DNA from: Calditrichota bacterium | Lineage (GTDB): Bacteria > Caldisericota > Caldisericia > UBA6126 | DNA length: 64,000 nt | Reading direction: 5' to 3' | Assembly: GCA_036725105.1 (NCBI GenBank) | Contig: DAIMET010000001.1 | Location: 37,308 to 101,307 of the forward strand | Shown here: in pieces, positions 9,436 through 20,094 of the stretch | Position numbering within the stretch: position 1 is the stretch's first letter | Layout: the number at the start of each line of letters is the position of its first letter | Made by a program: the position numbers and the translations under genes | Notes under the pieces: generated by a model | The model's database searches: none | The model's input: only the letters and a program-made list of their open reading frames with translations | Told to the model about the DNA's origin: nothing

Positions 9436-10065
9436 TTAGTTCCCCAGAAAATTCTTTTTCAGCATCACTTTCTCTTTGCCTGCTAAAAGACGTTGTATAT
9501 TTTCCCGATGTTGCCAAAGAGTTAAACCGCTAAAGAAGATTGCAAAAAGAATACCCCAAAAACCATGCTTGAAAAGAACAAACCAAAGAATCATTGACAA
9601 AACAGAAACAATGGATGCTAGCGAGACATATCCCCATATCATGAGGACAAGTATCCAAACTACAACCATCAAAAGAGCTATACTAACATCATACACAAAA
9701 ACCAATCCAATCAGCGTAGACATACCTTTCCCGCCAGTAAAACCCAGAAAACAGGAAAAATCATGGCCAATAATACTAAGAGAAACAGCTACCAGTAAAA
9801 TGTCTCTATACATAGATGCCATGCCCGGAAATAACCAAATAGCAATCAAAAAGGGGAGAATTCCTTTGGATGTATCAAGCAAAAAAGAAAGAATTCCCCA
9901 TTTTAAACCCAAAACTCGAGTAATATTGGTTGCTCCAATATTTCCAGAACCTTTTTCTCGAATATCAATTTTATGCAATAAATATGCAATGATGAAGCCA
10001 AAAGGAATACTCCCATAGATATAGGATGCAATAGCTAAAAAAATGATATGCAGGGTGTTAATCAT
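9436..10065 (-). CDS. plsY: glycerol-3-phosphate acyltransferase PlsY
   Basis: GSIPFGF...GSGNIGATN motifs. GGAGGA RBS precedes the ATG at 10065 (second Met of the long ORF). Confidence 0.9.
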   Translation of the reverse strand: MINTLHIIFLAIASYIYGSIPFGFIIAYLLHKIDIREKGSGNIGATNITRVLGLKWGILSFLLDTSKGILPFLIAIWLFPGMASMYRDILLVAVSLSIIGHDFSCFLGFTGGKGMSTLIGLVFVYDVSIALLMVVVWILVLMIWGYVSLASIVSVLSMILWFVLFKHGFWGILFAIFFSGLTLWQHRENIQRLLAGKEKVMLKKNFLGN

Positions 10066-10957
10066 GGTATCCTCCACAAACTCTGTTAAAACCAGCAAGA
10101 TCTTTAACTAAAAAACAATCATGAAATCCACATTCTTCCATGATATCAAAACATGACTCAGAAATGATGTCACAAATTTCGAATACGAGCATCCCACCCT
10201 TCTTCAGATGATTTCTAGATGTGGGTATAAAACGTCGAATAAATGTCATTCCGTCTTCTCCCCCATCCAGTGCTATCAAAGGTTCTTTTTGAACATCCGT
10301 GGAAAGAGATGGTAGTATTGGGGTTGGAATATAGGGTGGATTGGAAACAATCAAATCATAGCTTTTTGTCACTTGATCAAATTGATCACTTTGAAACAGA
10401 TGAATACGGTTTTTGAGATGATATCTGTCTCGATTCATTTTAGCGACGTCCAATGCATTTGAAGAAAAATCTGTTGCATCAATTGTAGCACGAGGAAAAT
10501 TCATGCCTATTGCCACTGCAATCGCGCCCGATCCAGTAGCTATATCCAAAACATCAACTCGAGAGAGAGGTGTTAAGAATTCTATTGCTTTCTCGATAAG
10601 AATCTCAGTTTCTGGTCTAGGAATCAAAACTCTTTCGTCAACAAAAAGAGTAGTATTATAGAAGCATCGTTCTCCTGTAATATATGATATAGGACGGCCC
10701 TTTACTCTTTGTTGAAGAAAATCTGTAAATGTAACGTACTGCTCTGCAAGAATCGGTTCATCGAAGCTAGCATAAAGCTCTGAACGATCTTTATTTGTTG
10801 CCTTCATCAACAAAATCTCAGCTTCCAAACGGGCATCTTGAGTCTTTAGAGCAGCAGATCCAGACTGTAATGCATCGTGTAATTTCAAGGTATTCAACGC
10901 ATTATGTTGAAGTTTGATCTTTATTCCAGGCAAGCTGTAAGGCTTCAACAAATTCAT
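10058..10957 (-). CDS. prmC: release factor glutamine N5-methyltransferase PrmC (HemK)
   Basis: NPPYIP catalytic motif, DIATGSGAIA SAM motif. Downstream of prfA. Confidence 0.85.
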   Translation of the reverse strand: MNLLKPYSLPGIKIKLQHNALNTLKLHDALQSGSAALKTQDARLEAEILLMKATNKDRSELYASFDEPILAEQYVTFTDFLQQRVKGRPISYITGERCFYNTTLFVDERVLIPRPETEILIEKAIEFLTPLSRVDVLDIATGSGAIAVAIGMNFPRATIDATDFSSNALDVAKMNRDRYHLKNRIHLFQSDQFDQVTKSYDLIVSNPPYIPTPILPSLSTDVQKEPLIALDGGEDGMTFIRRFIPTSRNHLKKGGMLVFEICDIISESCFDIMEECGFHDCFLVKDLAGFNRVCGGYHD

Positions 10958-11963
10958 CCATATCCCCGTTCATAATCTGAGGTAAATTGTGAGAACTGTA
11001 CCCAATCCGGTGATCCGTCACCCGGTTTTGTGGGTAATTGTACGTACGAATTTTCTCATTTCGATTACCCCAACCCACCTGAGATTTTCGTGCTTGCGCC
11101 TCTTCGTCTCGAATTCTTTGTTTTTCAACATCCAATAAACGTGTATGAAGAATCTTCATGGCTCGAAGTTTATTTTGGAGTTTTGACCGTTCGTCTTGGC
11201 AAACAACTACAGTGTTCGTAGGCAAATGTGTAATTCGAATCGCAGTTTCATTTTTTTGAACATTTTGTCCCCCATGTCCAGAAGCGTTAAACACATCGAT
11301 TCGGATATCATCTGGATTGATATCGATATCTGCTTCTTCCGCTTCTGTCATCACTGCCACAGTAACCGTGGAAGTATGAATACGACCACCCGATTCAGTG
11401 GTGGGAACACGCTGTACACGGTGAACTCCAGACTCAAATTTGAAATATTTACGGGCATTGTGACCTGCAATTTCAAAGATAATTTCCTTAAACCCTCCAA
11501 TGCCAATTTCATTAGAGGACATAACATCCACTTTGCACCCTTTCGAAACTGCATAGTTGAAATACATGCGATAGAGATCAGCAGCAAATAATGCTGCTTC
11601 GTCTCCACCGGCAGCAGCCCGGATTTCAATAATGACATTCTTTTGATCATCGGGATCTTCTGGTACAAGAAGGTCTTTTATGGAAACGAGTAACTGTTCC
11701 TTTTTCTGAAGCAGTTCCTCTAGTTCCAATTCCAGTTCTTTTTTGTCACCTGCATCCGACTCTTCTTTCATGAGAATAGTAAACTCTTCAATATCATTTT
11801 CAAGAGACCGATACTCATGATATGCCTCAGAATATGGTTTAAGTGCTCTTTCCTTCTTCCCCAACTCGGCCACTTTTTTTTGATCTTCCAGCACAGTTGG
11901 GTCAGATAAAGAAACTAAAACTTCCTGATACTCTTTTTCAAACTGCTTTAATTTTTCTATCAT
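10902..11963 (-). CDS. prfA: peptide chain release factor 1
   Basis: GGQ motif (SGHGGQNVQKNETAIRITHLPT). RF1-type recognition segment RVQRVPTTESGGRIHTS. Confidence 0.95.
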   Translation of the reverse strand: MIEKLKQFEKEYQEVLVSLSDPTVLEDQKKVAELGKKERALKPYSEAYHEYRSLENDIEEFTILMKEESDAGDKKELELELEELLQKKEQLLVSIKDLLVPEDPDDQKNVIIEIRAAAGGDEAALFAADLYRMYFNYAVSKGCKVDVMSSNEIGIGGFKEIIFEIAGHNARKYFKFESGVHRVQRVPTTESGGRIHTSTVTVAVMTEAEEADIDINPDDIRIDVFNASGHGGQNVQKNETAIRITHLPTNTVVVCQDERSKLQNKLRAMKILHTRLLDVEKQRIRDEEAQARKSQVGWGNRNEKIRTYNYPQNRVTDHRIGYSSHNLPQIMNGDMDEFVEALQLAWNKDQTST

Positions 11964-13591
11964 GCTTTAGTAGTTTTGGGTTGTTGAAGTGAAATACTTT
12001 CTAAGAATTTTTCATTAGATGGACTTTCTTTCATCCATTTGATTAATCTTTCTAAAGCTTCAGAATTTTCCAGGTTGGACAAAAATTTTCGTACCATCCA
12101 AATTCTACGCAGTTCATCACCATCATATAGAAGCTCTTCTCTTCGGGTTGAAGATCTAGAGATATCCAAAGCGGGAAATACTCTTTTTTCCGAGAGTTTT
12201 CTTTCCAAAACAAGCTCCATGTTACCGGTCCCTTTGAATTCTTCGTAAATGATTTCGTCCATTTTAGAACCAGTTTCAATTAAAGCTGTAGCTAGTATGG
12301 TGAGACTTCCTCCCCCATCTATATTACGTGCAGCTCCTAAAAACTTTTTTGGTCCGTGTATGGCAGCTGTATCCAATCCACCGGTCAAAGTTCTTCCTGA
12401 AGGCGTGCAAGAAAGATTATATGCTCTTGTCAAACGGGTAATTCCGTCTAAAAGAATAACAACATCTTTTTTCATTTCTACTAAACGTTTGGCTCTGTTT
12501 AGCGCTAATTCAACGACTCGAATGTGATTCTCTGGTAGTTGATCAAAGGTAGAGGAGATAATGTCTGCTTTGACAGATCGTTTCATATCTGTAACTTCTT
12601 CTGGACGTTCGTCGATGAGCAAAATCATGAGATATGCTTCGGGATTATTCTTGGCGATTCCTTGGGCAATCCGCTTGATGACGGTAGTTTTTCCTGCTTT
12701 CGGTGGAGATACAATCAATCCCCTCTGTCCTTTTCCCAGGGGGGCAATCAGTTCAATAAGACGGTTAGTGATGTTGGCTGTTTCAACAGAAGCAGACAAC
12801 CGAAATCTTTCCAGTGGGAAGATGGGGGTAAGGTCTTCGAATCGCTGACGATTGATGATAGAAGTAGGGTGTGCCTTGTTGATAGAATCAATGGTAGTTA
12901 ATGCACTATACTTTTCTTTTTCGTTTCGGGGATTTCTCATCCGCCCTTCAATATAGTCTCCTGGTCGAAGACCAAGTTTTTTAATCAAAGAAGGATGTAC
13001 ATAAATGTCTGAAGTATCCGGTATATATTTTGGGGAACGTAAAAATCCGTATCCGTCAGGGTGAACATCCAATACACCACGTGCAGTAGGTTTTGAAGTA
13101 GGATGATCTTGCTTTGCATAAGAAGATGGTTCATGGTGAGTAGTATGCACTCTGCTGGTTTCAGAAGTGTGTTCCTCTGTTTCTATTTCTATATCATTTG
13201 TGGAGGGTTTTTCAGCGGGAATTTGTTTTTTGGGTGCAGGTTCTTCTATAGTGATCTTTTTGGTAGCTTCTTTAGTAGCTTCTTTAGTAGCTTCTTTGGT
13301 TTCTTTCTTTTCTTCTTTGACAGGCGTTTCTTTTGACTCTTTTGGAGTATCTTTTTTGGGAGAGTCCATAGCATTTTTCTCTTTTAGGGAAGCCTTCGAA
13401 GGTTTGGTTTTCTTCTTTTCTGGTTCTTCAGGTAGAGGTTTTCCCTCTTTTAATGCCATGATAGCATCAATTAGTTCTTGCTTTTTAAAGCGAGTATATC
13501 GTAGGACTTTGATTTCACGAGCAATCTGATATAGTTCGCGAGCTCGTAATGAATCTAAATATTCTCTTGTTAGGGATTCTAAGTTAAACAT
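11960..13591 (-). CDS. rho: transcription termination factor Rho with ~110-aa K/E-rich N-terminal insertion
   Basis: N-terminal Rho_N (LYQIAREIKVLRYTRFKKQELIDAIM), CSD RNA-binding domain, RecA-like ATPase (GLIVSPPKAGKT Walker A). Insertion contains KEATKEATKEATK. Confidence 0.95.
   Translation of the reverse strand: MFNLESLTREYLDSLRARELYQIAREIKVLRYTRFKKQELIDAIMALKEGKPLPEEPEKKKTKPSKASLKEKNAMDSPKKDTPKESKETPVKEEKKETKEATKEATKEATKKITIEEPAPKKQIPAEKPSTNDIEIETEEHTSETSRVHTTHHEPSSYAKQDHPTSKPTARGVLDVHPDGYGFLRSPKYIPDTSDIYVHPSLIKKLGLRPGDYIEGRMRNPRNEKEKYSALTTIDSINKAHPTSIINRQRFEDLTPIFPLERFRLSASVETANITNRLIELIAPLGKGQRGLIVSPPKAGKTTVIKRIAQGIAKNNPEAYLMILLIDERPEEVTDMKRSVKADIISSTFDQLPENHIRVVELALNRAKRLVEMKKDVVILLDGITRLTRAYNLSCTPSGRTLTGGLDTAAIHGPKKFLGAARNIDGGGSLTILATALIETGSKMDEIIYEEFKGTGNMELVLERKLSEKRVFPALDISRSSTRREELLYDGDELRRIWMVRKFLSNLENSEALERLIKWMKESPSNEKFLESISLQQPKTTKA
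13263..13298. repeat. 3 tandem copies of 12-bp unit GTAGCTTCTTTA inside rho (encodes KEAT x3 on minus strand)
   Basis: Seen directly: tagcttctttagtagcttctttagtagcttctttg. Confidence 0.9.
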
Positions 13592-13611
13592 AGCTTACCT
13601 CCAAAGGTTGC

Positions 13612-14019
13612 TTATTTTAGTTCGGTTGAGACTTGATCAATGATTTCGTTACACAATCGATCAGCATGCTTATTTTTTTCTCTTGGAATGTGAACAAATT
13701 TCACACAGCGAAATGATCGCAAAAGGTCCATGATACTCTTGTAGATTGGAAATAAATCTTGGCTTTTCACTTTCCATATATGGTTACACTGGTTTACAAC
13801 CAAGAGGCTATCACTAAAAAGGGTAATGTTGTCATAGTTCTCTTTTTGACATTTTTCTAAGGCTGATAAAACAGCTGTATACTCCGCAAAATTGTTCGTC
13901 TGTATACCAAGGAATTTGCCATATTCGTGTAAAACGGTGTCATTTTCTTGAATAATATATGCACAGCTAGCCAGTCCGGGATTGCTCCGACTGGCACCAT
14001 CAGTAAAGACATTAATCAT
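13612..14019 (-). CDS. rnhA: ribonuclease HI
   Basis: 135 aa. VFTDGASRSNPG matches the RNase H DGx motif at the N-terminus, with downstream D/E residues. Confidence 0.8.
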   Translation of the reverse strand: MINVFTDGASRSNPGLASCAYIIQENDTVLHEYGKFLGIQTNNFAEYTAVLSALEKCQKENYDNITLFSDSLLVVNQCNHIWKVKSQDLFPIYKSIMDLLRSFRCVKFVHIPREKNKHADRLCNEIIDQVSTELK

Positions 14020-14728
14020 TCTTTCTCACAATGATCCTGTTGCAACTCTCACAATAAAAAATCTGATCGGGATTTTTGAGAATAGAATCAATCAGTCTTT
14101 GCGATAAGGTTGTCCCGCACCCAGAACAATGATTCTCCTGAATAAAGACAACAGCCATCTGTTGTCCTCTGGAAAAAGAGTTGTCGAATTCATTGATCAA
14201 ATCCTCTGGAATTGATTCGCGTGATAGCAGGATGTCTTTTTCAAGAGCAGAAATCTCCGATACAATCTCTTGGGTTCTAGCGTTTGTAAAAGCTTTTTCT
14301 TTTTGGAAATCCATTTTTAACCGTTGAAACTCTGTGTTCAAATTGCAAAAATCCTTTTGTTCAACATCAATTTGGTTCATGACTTCAATCATCTCTGATT
14401 CGATGTTAGAAACATTTTCTTTCAAAATGGTTACTTTTTTTTGTAAATCGGACAATTGCTTCGGATTTTTAGAAGCTTCGCTTGAGAACATCGCTTTGGT
14501 ATACTCTTGCTCTTTGTATTCCAAATCTTTCATACAATTTTCTTTTTCTTTCAGTAAAGATTGCAAAGTTTGGAGAGACTCTTGTGCTTTTTTCCACTGT
14601 ACAAATTTACGTTTTGTACTTTCTTCTACATTGGAAAAATTGTGCTTGATTTGCTTATTTTCTCTTTTTAACTCATTCAAACGATCATACTTCATCTGCA
14701 AGTGGTATAAATTTAAAAGTTTATTCAT
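14012..14728 (-). CDS. coiled-coil zinc-ribbon protein (COG1579 family)
   Basis: Long heptad-like K/E/L-rich region followed by C-terminal CSGCG...CESC zinc ribbon. Confidence 0.65.
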   Translation of the reverse strand: MNKLLNLYHLQMKYDRLNELKRENKQIKHNFSNVEESTKRKFVQWKKAQESLQTLQSLLKEKENCMKDLEYKEQEYTKAMFSSEASKNPKQLSDLQKKVTILKENVSNIESEMIEVMNQIDVEQKDFCNLNTEFQRLKMDFQKEKAFTNARTQEIVSEISALEKDILLSRESIPEDLINEFDNSFSRGQQMAVVFIQENHCSGCGTTLSQRLIDSILKNPDQIFYCESCNRIIVRKND

Positions 14729-14741
14729 CGATTTTTGGGTA

Positions 14742-14815
14742 TGGGCCCTGAAGGACTCGAACCTCCGACCCGCTGGTTATGAGCCAGCTGCTCTAACCAA
14801 CTGAGCTAAGGGCCC
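14742..14815 (-). tRNA. tRNA with CAT anticodon, elongator-type; resembles tRNA-Ile2(LAU) more than initiator tRNA-Met
   Basis: Minus-strand sequence GGGCCCTTAGCTCAGTTGGTTAGAGCAGCTGGCTCATAACCAGCGGGTCGGAGGTTCGAGTCCTTCAGGGCCCA. Cloverleaf folds. G1-C72 paired, so not an initiator. C4/C5 acceptor as in tRNA-Ile2. No encoded CCA. Confidence 0.85.
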
Positions 14816-14853
14816 GATTAAACCTCCAATGAAATGAATTCATGGCGAATACA

Positions 14854-14881
14854 AATTTAGTAGTTTTTCTTTTTTTGTCAA
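14854..14881 (-). promoter_or_regulatory. sigma70-like promoter for tRNA(CAT)-led operon
   Basis: Minus strand TTGACA, 16 nt, TAAATT. About 35 nt upstream of the tRNA 5' end. Confidence 0.4.
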
Positions 14882-14894
14882 ATGCTTCAAAAAA

Positions 14895-14923
14895 TTGACA
14901 AAGAGGAGTGAATACATTTTAAT
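14895..14923 (+). promoter_or_regulatory. sigma70-like promoter for transporter gene
   Basis: TTGACA, 17 nt, TTTAAT. About 35 nt upstream of ATG 14960. Divergent from the tRNA promoter. Confidence 0.4.
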
Positions 14924-14959
14924 AAGTTTTATTCTAAGCAAAAGAGGTAATGTAAGAAT

Positions 14960-16393
14960 ATGAAGAAAAATCGATTTTTTCGTCTATTGATGAGCACATT
15001 CTTTCTGTTTTTTATGCCTACAATTGCCCATGCAGCAGAAGCGGCAAACCCCGCTGCCAACACCACTCAGATATGGATTGCGATTGCTATCCTTATAGTT
15101 GCAGCAGTTTTGTTTCTAACCGAAGCAATTCCTCTTGTTGCCACTTCAATGCTTGTCCCGTTTTTGCTCGTAATCTTCCAGATTGCCAATTTTAAAGAAG
15201 CTTTTTCGGGCTTTTCTGATCAGTGGGTACTGCTCTTTCTCTTTATGTTCATTATTGGAGATTCGTTATTTCAAGTGGGTGTTGCCGATAAAATCGGTCA
15301 TTCCATTATTCGGGTAGCAAAAAATAATGAAACACGGTTAATCATTTATGTCATGCTGGTTGCAGGATTAATGTCTGCATTCCTAAGTAATACCGGAACT
15401 GCAGCTTGCTTGCTTCCCATCATGCTAGCTATTTCAAAAAATAGCGGCATCTCCGTAAAAAAACTTCTTATTCCAATGGCTTTTGCTACCTCACTTGGAG
15501 GAGCAATGACTCTGATTGGTACACCTCCCAATGGCATTGTTCAATCCACTTATGGGGGTAGCGGTGGAACGTTTGCCTTCTTCGATTTTGGAAAAGTTTC
15601 CATCTTTATTTTCATCATTGGTATCATCTTCATGGTTACCATTGGTAAAAAAATACTGGCAAAAATTGATCAACAAACCTCCAACAAACAAAAAGCCGAA
15701 TTGGATGCTGATGCTGAAGTAAAACCAGCGGTTCAATTCAACCGTAAAAAAGCCCCGATCGCCATTGCCACTTTTGTTTTGGTGATTGTCTTCATGATCA
15801 TGGACCCACTATGGGAAAAATTCTTCCCATCTGTTGCAGACTTCTTCGGGAGCATTCCATTAGTAGCATATTCCGTAATTGGAGCAGTTGTCATTCTGGC
15901 AACCAAAGTTGTCACTGTCAAACAAGCATTTAAAGCAGTTGATTGGACAACTATCTTCCTTTTTGCAGGTATGCTATCTATGAAACCTGCTCTGGTTAAC
16001 TCAGGTGCAGCCGAATTTATTGGCAAAGCAATCATTCAACACACCGGAGGCTTGGGAATCAATCCCAACTATGCTGTGTTAATCGCTCTCATTATTGTAA
16101 GCGTCATCGTAACAAATTTTATGTCCAATACTGCTACAGCAGCATTGTTTGCCCCAATTGCCCTGGAGGTTGGAGTATTATTGGGTTGTAGTCCTGCGCC
16201 ACTCCTTATGGGTGTTGGCTTAGCAACTTCTGCTTGCTTCTTAACGCCTGTTGCAACTCCCCCCAATACTTTAGTTCTTGGACCTGGACGATATTCCTTC
16301 ATGGACTATGTCAAATCAGGATGGCTCCTGCAACTGATTGTAGTGATCCTTCTTGTTCTCCTTATCCCTCTATTCTTCCCCTTCATGCCCTAA
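14960..16393 (+). CDS. anion permease, ArsB/NhaD (SLC13/DASS-like) superfamily
   Basis: 477 aa. About 12 TM helices with repeated GTPPN re-entrant motifs (LIGTPPNGIV and VATPPNTLVLG). N-terminal signal-like segment. Confidence 0.55.
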   Translation: MKKNRFFRLLMSTFFLFFMPTIAHAAEAANPAANTTQIWIAIAILIVAAVLFLTEAIPLVATSMLVPFLLVIFQIANFKEAFSGFSDQWVLLFLFMFIIGDSLFQVGVADKIGHSIIRVAKNNETRLIIYVMLVAGLMSAFLSNTGTAACLLPIMLAISKNSGISVKKLLIPMAFATSLGGAMTLIGTPPNGIVQSTYGGSGGTFAFFDFGKVSIFIFIIGIIFMVTIGKKILAKIDQQTSNKQKAELDADAEVKPAVQFNRKKAPIAIATFVLVIVFMIMDPLWEKFFPSVADFFGSIPLVAYSVIGAVVILATKVVTVKQAFKAVDWTTIFLFAGMLSMKPALVNSGAAEFIGKAIIQHTGGLGINPNYAVLIALIIVSVIVTNFMSNTATAALFAPIALEVGVLLGCSPAPLLMGVGLATSACFLTPVATPPNTLVLGPGRYSFMDYVKSGWLLQLIVVILLVLLIPLFFPFMP

Positions 16394-16418
16394 TTAGTCC
16401 ATTACATTAAGATTTCAA

Positions 16419-16457
16419 ATCCCATCGGAAATTTTCTTCCGGTGGGATTTTTTTTTC
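16419..16457 (+). terminator. rho-independent terminator
   Basis: ATCCCATCGG, 11-nt loop, CCGGTGGGAT (10 bp, one G-U), then T9. Confidence 0.8.
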
Positions 16458-16473
16458 GCACCCTGTAGGAATT

Positions 16474-18270
16474 ATGTATAATAGAGCCAAACCTAAACTA
16501 CAGGAAGTGATGATTATGCCACAATGGAATTTAACAAGACTTTACACCTCTTTGGACGATGAAAAACTTCAGCAAGACTTGCAAGAATCCGTCCAGAGTG
16601 CAAAAAATATTCAACAGAAGTATTCTCCTCTCCTGCAAAATCCTCATCTAGAAGCTTCTACTTTTCGACAATTTTTAGAAGAAACAGAAAAAATACTGGA
16701 CAAAGGCTATATTGCCTTCCAATTTGCCAATCTATCCTATGCTTCTTGTACATCGGATGAAAAAGCACAGCGAATTTTCTCTAAAGCATTAGATGCCATC
16801 ACAGAGATTGATGCTGCTTTATCGTTTTGGAAACCCATGATGTCAGAACACAATGCTGCAGTACTCCAGACTCTTATGGATCACCCACAATTAACAGAAT
16901 ACCGGCACGTTTTACAACTTATTGTTGAATCCAAAAAGCATATTTTGAAAGAAAATGAAGAGCGTCTTCTATCCACATTTTCCAATTCTTCTCGTAAAGC
17001 TTTTGGTAATTTGTATGACGCCGTCACAAATGCTTATGAGTTTCAAATCACACTAGATGGAAAAGAACAAACCATGACCGGACCTCAGATACGTTCATTA
17101 CGATTACACTCTGATGTCTCAGTTCGACGTGATTCAATGAAAATTTTCTTCCAGCGATATGCAAACGATAAAATCGTACTGGAGAAATCCTACAATGCGA
17201 TTGCTAAACACTACGATACCGAATCACGAATTCGTAATTTCACCCAACCCATACATATGAGAAATCTAGACAATGAAGTTGATAATTCAATTGTTGACAC
17301 ACTTGTAGAAACTACATCAGATCATACACATGTCCTTCAAAAGTATTATAAATGGAAAAGTGGAAAATTAGGAATTCCTTTAACCCTAGCCGACATCTAT
17401 GCTCCACTTAAACCCGTTGATACAAAAATTTCCTTTGATGAAGCAAAAGATATCGTGCTGAAAGCATATCACCAGTTCGATCCAGAAATTGGTGCTATTG
17501 CTGCTTCCTTTTTCGAAGATGAACGAATTGATTCTGATATTCGAAAAGGCAAACGCGGAGGAGCTTTTTGCTCTTATGTAATTCCCAATAAAAAACCATT
17601 TGTTCTTCTAAACTATACCGGTACAATGCGAGATGTTATGACTCTTGCCCACGAATTAGGTCATGGTATCCATGGTACTTTATCTTCTGAGCAGAACTTC
17701 TGGAATTATCACACACCCCTCACTATGGCAGAAGTAGCCTCCGTGTTTGGTGAAATGATTGTCATGGATTCAGTTTTACCTTTGCTTCCATCAGAAGAAA
17801 AAAACTCCTTTATTGCGTCTAAAATTGAAGATATGTTTGCAACCATGTTTCGGCAGAATATGTTCTGTCGTTTTGAAATAGCCTCTCATAAGGCTATCCA
17901 AGAGAATGGTAGTGCAAGTTTTGAGGAGTTGTCCGAAATCTACCACAAAGAACTACAACAGGTTTTTGGTTCCACGGTAGAAATACCTAGCGAGTATAAA
18001 GCGGAATGGGCATCCATACCCCACATTTTCAGTGTACCCTTTTATGTGTATGCCTACAATTTTGCTAATTTACTTGTAATCGCCCTTTATCAGAAATATA
18101 AAGAAGAAGGTTCTTCTTTTGTTCCAATGTACAAAAATCTTTTGCAAAGTGGTGGCAAACAATCTCCTAAAGAACTTTTAGCTCCCCTAGGTATTCAGTT
18201 GGATTCGGCTGATTTTTGGAAAAAAGGATTTGCATACGTATCCGACAATCTTATTCGATCCCTTGAATAG
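16474..18270 (+). CDS. pepF: oligoendopeptidase F (M3B family)
   Basis: HELGHGIHG zinc motif with a downstream Glu. Length and layout typical of PepF. Start may be at the internal Met (MIMPQWNL). Confidence 0.85.
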   Translation: MYNRAKPKLQEVMIMPQWNLTRLYTSLDDEKLQQDLQESVQSAKNIQQKYSPLLQNPHLEASTFRQFLEETEKILDKGYIAFQFANLSYASCTSDEKAQRIFSKALDAITEIDAALSFWKPMMSEHNAAVLQTLMDHPQLTEYRHVLQLIVESKKHILKENEERLLSTFSNSSRKAFGNLYDAVTNAYEFQITLDGKEQTMTGPQIRSLRLHSDVSVRRDSMKIFFQRYANDKIVLEKSYNAIAKHYDTESRIRNFTQPIHMRNLDNEVDNSIVDTLVETTSDHTHVLQKYYKWKSGKLGIPLTLADIYAPLKPVDTKISFDEAKDIVLKAYHQFDPEIGAIAASFFEDERIDSDIRKGKRGGAFCSYVIPNKKPFVLLNYTGTMRDVMTLAHELGHGIHGTLSSEQNFWNYHTPLTMAEVASVFGEMIVMDSVLPLLPSEEKNSFIASKIEDMFATMFRQNMFCRFEIASHKAIQENGSASFEELSEIYHKELQQVFGSTVEIPSEYKAEWASIPHIFSVPFYVYAYNFANLLVIALYQKYKEEGSSFVPMYKNLLQSGGKQSPKELLAPLGIQLDSADFWKKGFAYVSDNLIRSLE

Positions 18271-19422
<1,152 letters not shown>

Positions 19423-19425
19423 GAC

Positions 19426-20085
19426 ATGATTACATTAAAGCAAGTACAAGCAGTGAAAGATATTCAAGAACTTATCCAGAAAGCCGATGAATATCTTGGT
19501 GCATTGGGTTTTACCGATCACGGTATGAACCACATTGAAATGGTTACCAGAAGAGCTCTTATGTTGGCAGATAAATTGTCTTTCACCGATGAAGAAAAAG
19601 AACTTGTTGGGATTTCCGCCTATATGCACGATATTGGAAATCTGACAGGTAGGCACAGTCACTCTGTTGCTGGTTCCATTATGGCATTTCAGCTTTTACG
19701 AGAACTGCACGTAGATGTTACACACATCAGCAAGATCATGACTGCAATAGCAAATCATGATGAATCCAACAGTGAGATAACAGACAATATATCTGCCGTA
19801 TTGATTATCGCCGATAAATCCGATGTCCGACAAAGCCGTGTTCGAGAAAAAAACCGCAGCAAATTTGATATTCATGATCGAGTCAACTTCGCCGTGCAAA
19901 GCTCCTCATTAGTAGTCATCAATGGAAACAAAGAGATTTGGCTCAATTTGGAAATTGACACTTCCCTCTCTCCGATGATGGATTATTTTGAGATTTTTTT
20001 AAGCCGCATGCTTTTATCTAAAAAAGCAGCTGCCAAATTAGGCTATCAATTTCACTTGAAAATTAATAGCAGTATATTGGCATAA
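19426..20085 (+). CDS. HD-domain phosphohydrolase
   Basis: H...HD motif (NHIEMV...YMHDIGN). Confidence 0.6.
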   Translation: MITLKQVQAVKDIQELIQKADEYLGALGFTDHGMNHIEMVTRRALMLADKLSFTDEEKELVGISAYMHDIGNLTGRHSHSVAGSIMAFQLLRELHVDVTHISKIMTAIANHDESNSEITDNISAVLIIADKSDVRQSRVREKNRSKFDIHDRVNFAVQSSSLVVINGNKEIWLNLEIDTSLSPMMDYFEIFLSRMLLSKKAAAKLGYQFHLKINSSILA

Positions 20086-20094
20086 GGAGGCCAT

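Noticed and set aside
10902-11963. Programmed +1 frameshift typical of release factor genes
   Set aside because: That applies to prfB (RF2). This is RF1 (PxT-type motif) with a single uninterrupted frame.
13103-13529. Plus-strand ORFs (77 and 120 aa) rich in F/S/L
   Set aside because: They are antisense read-through of the K/E-rich repeat region of rho (poly-AAG/GAA complement). They are not genes.
16394-16473. Possible small RNA between transporter and pepF
   Set aside because: Fully explained by the terminator hairpin plus T-tract and the pepF RBS.
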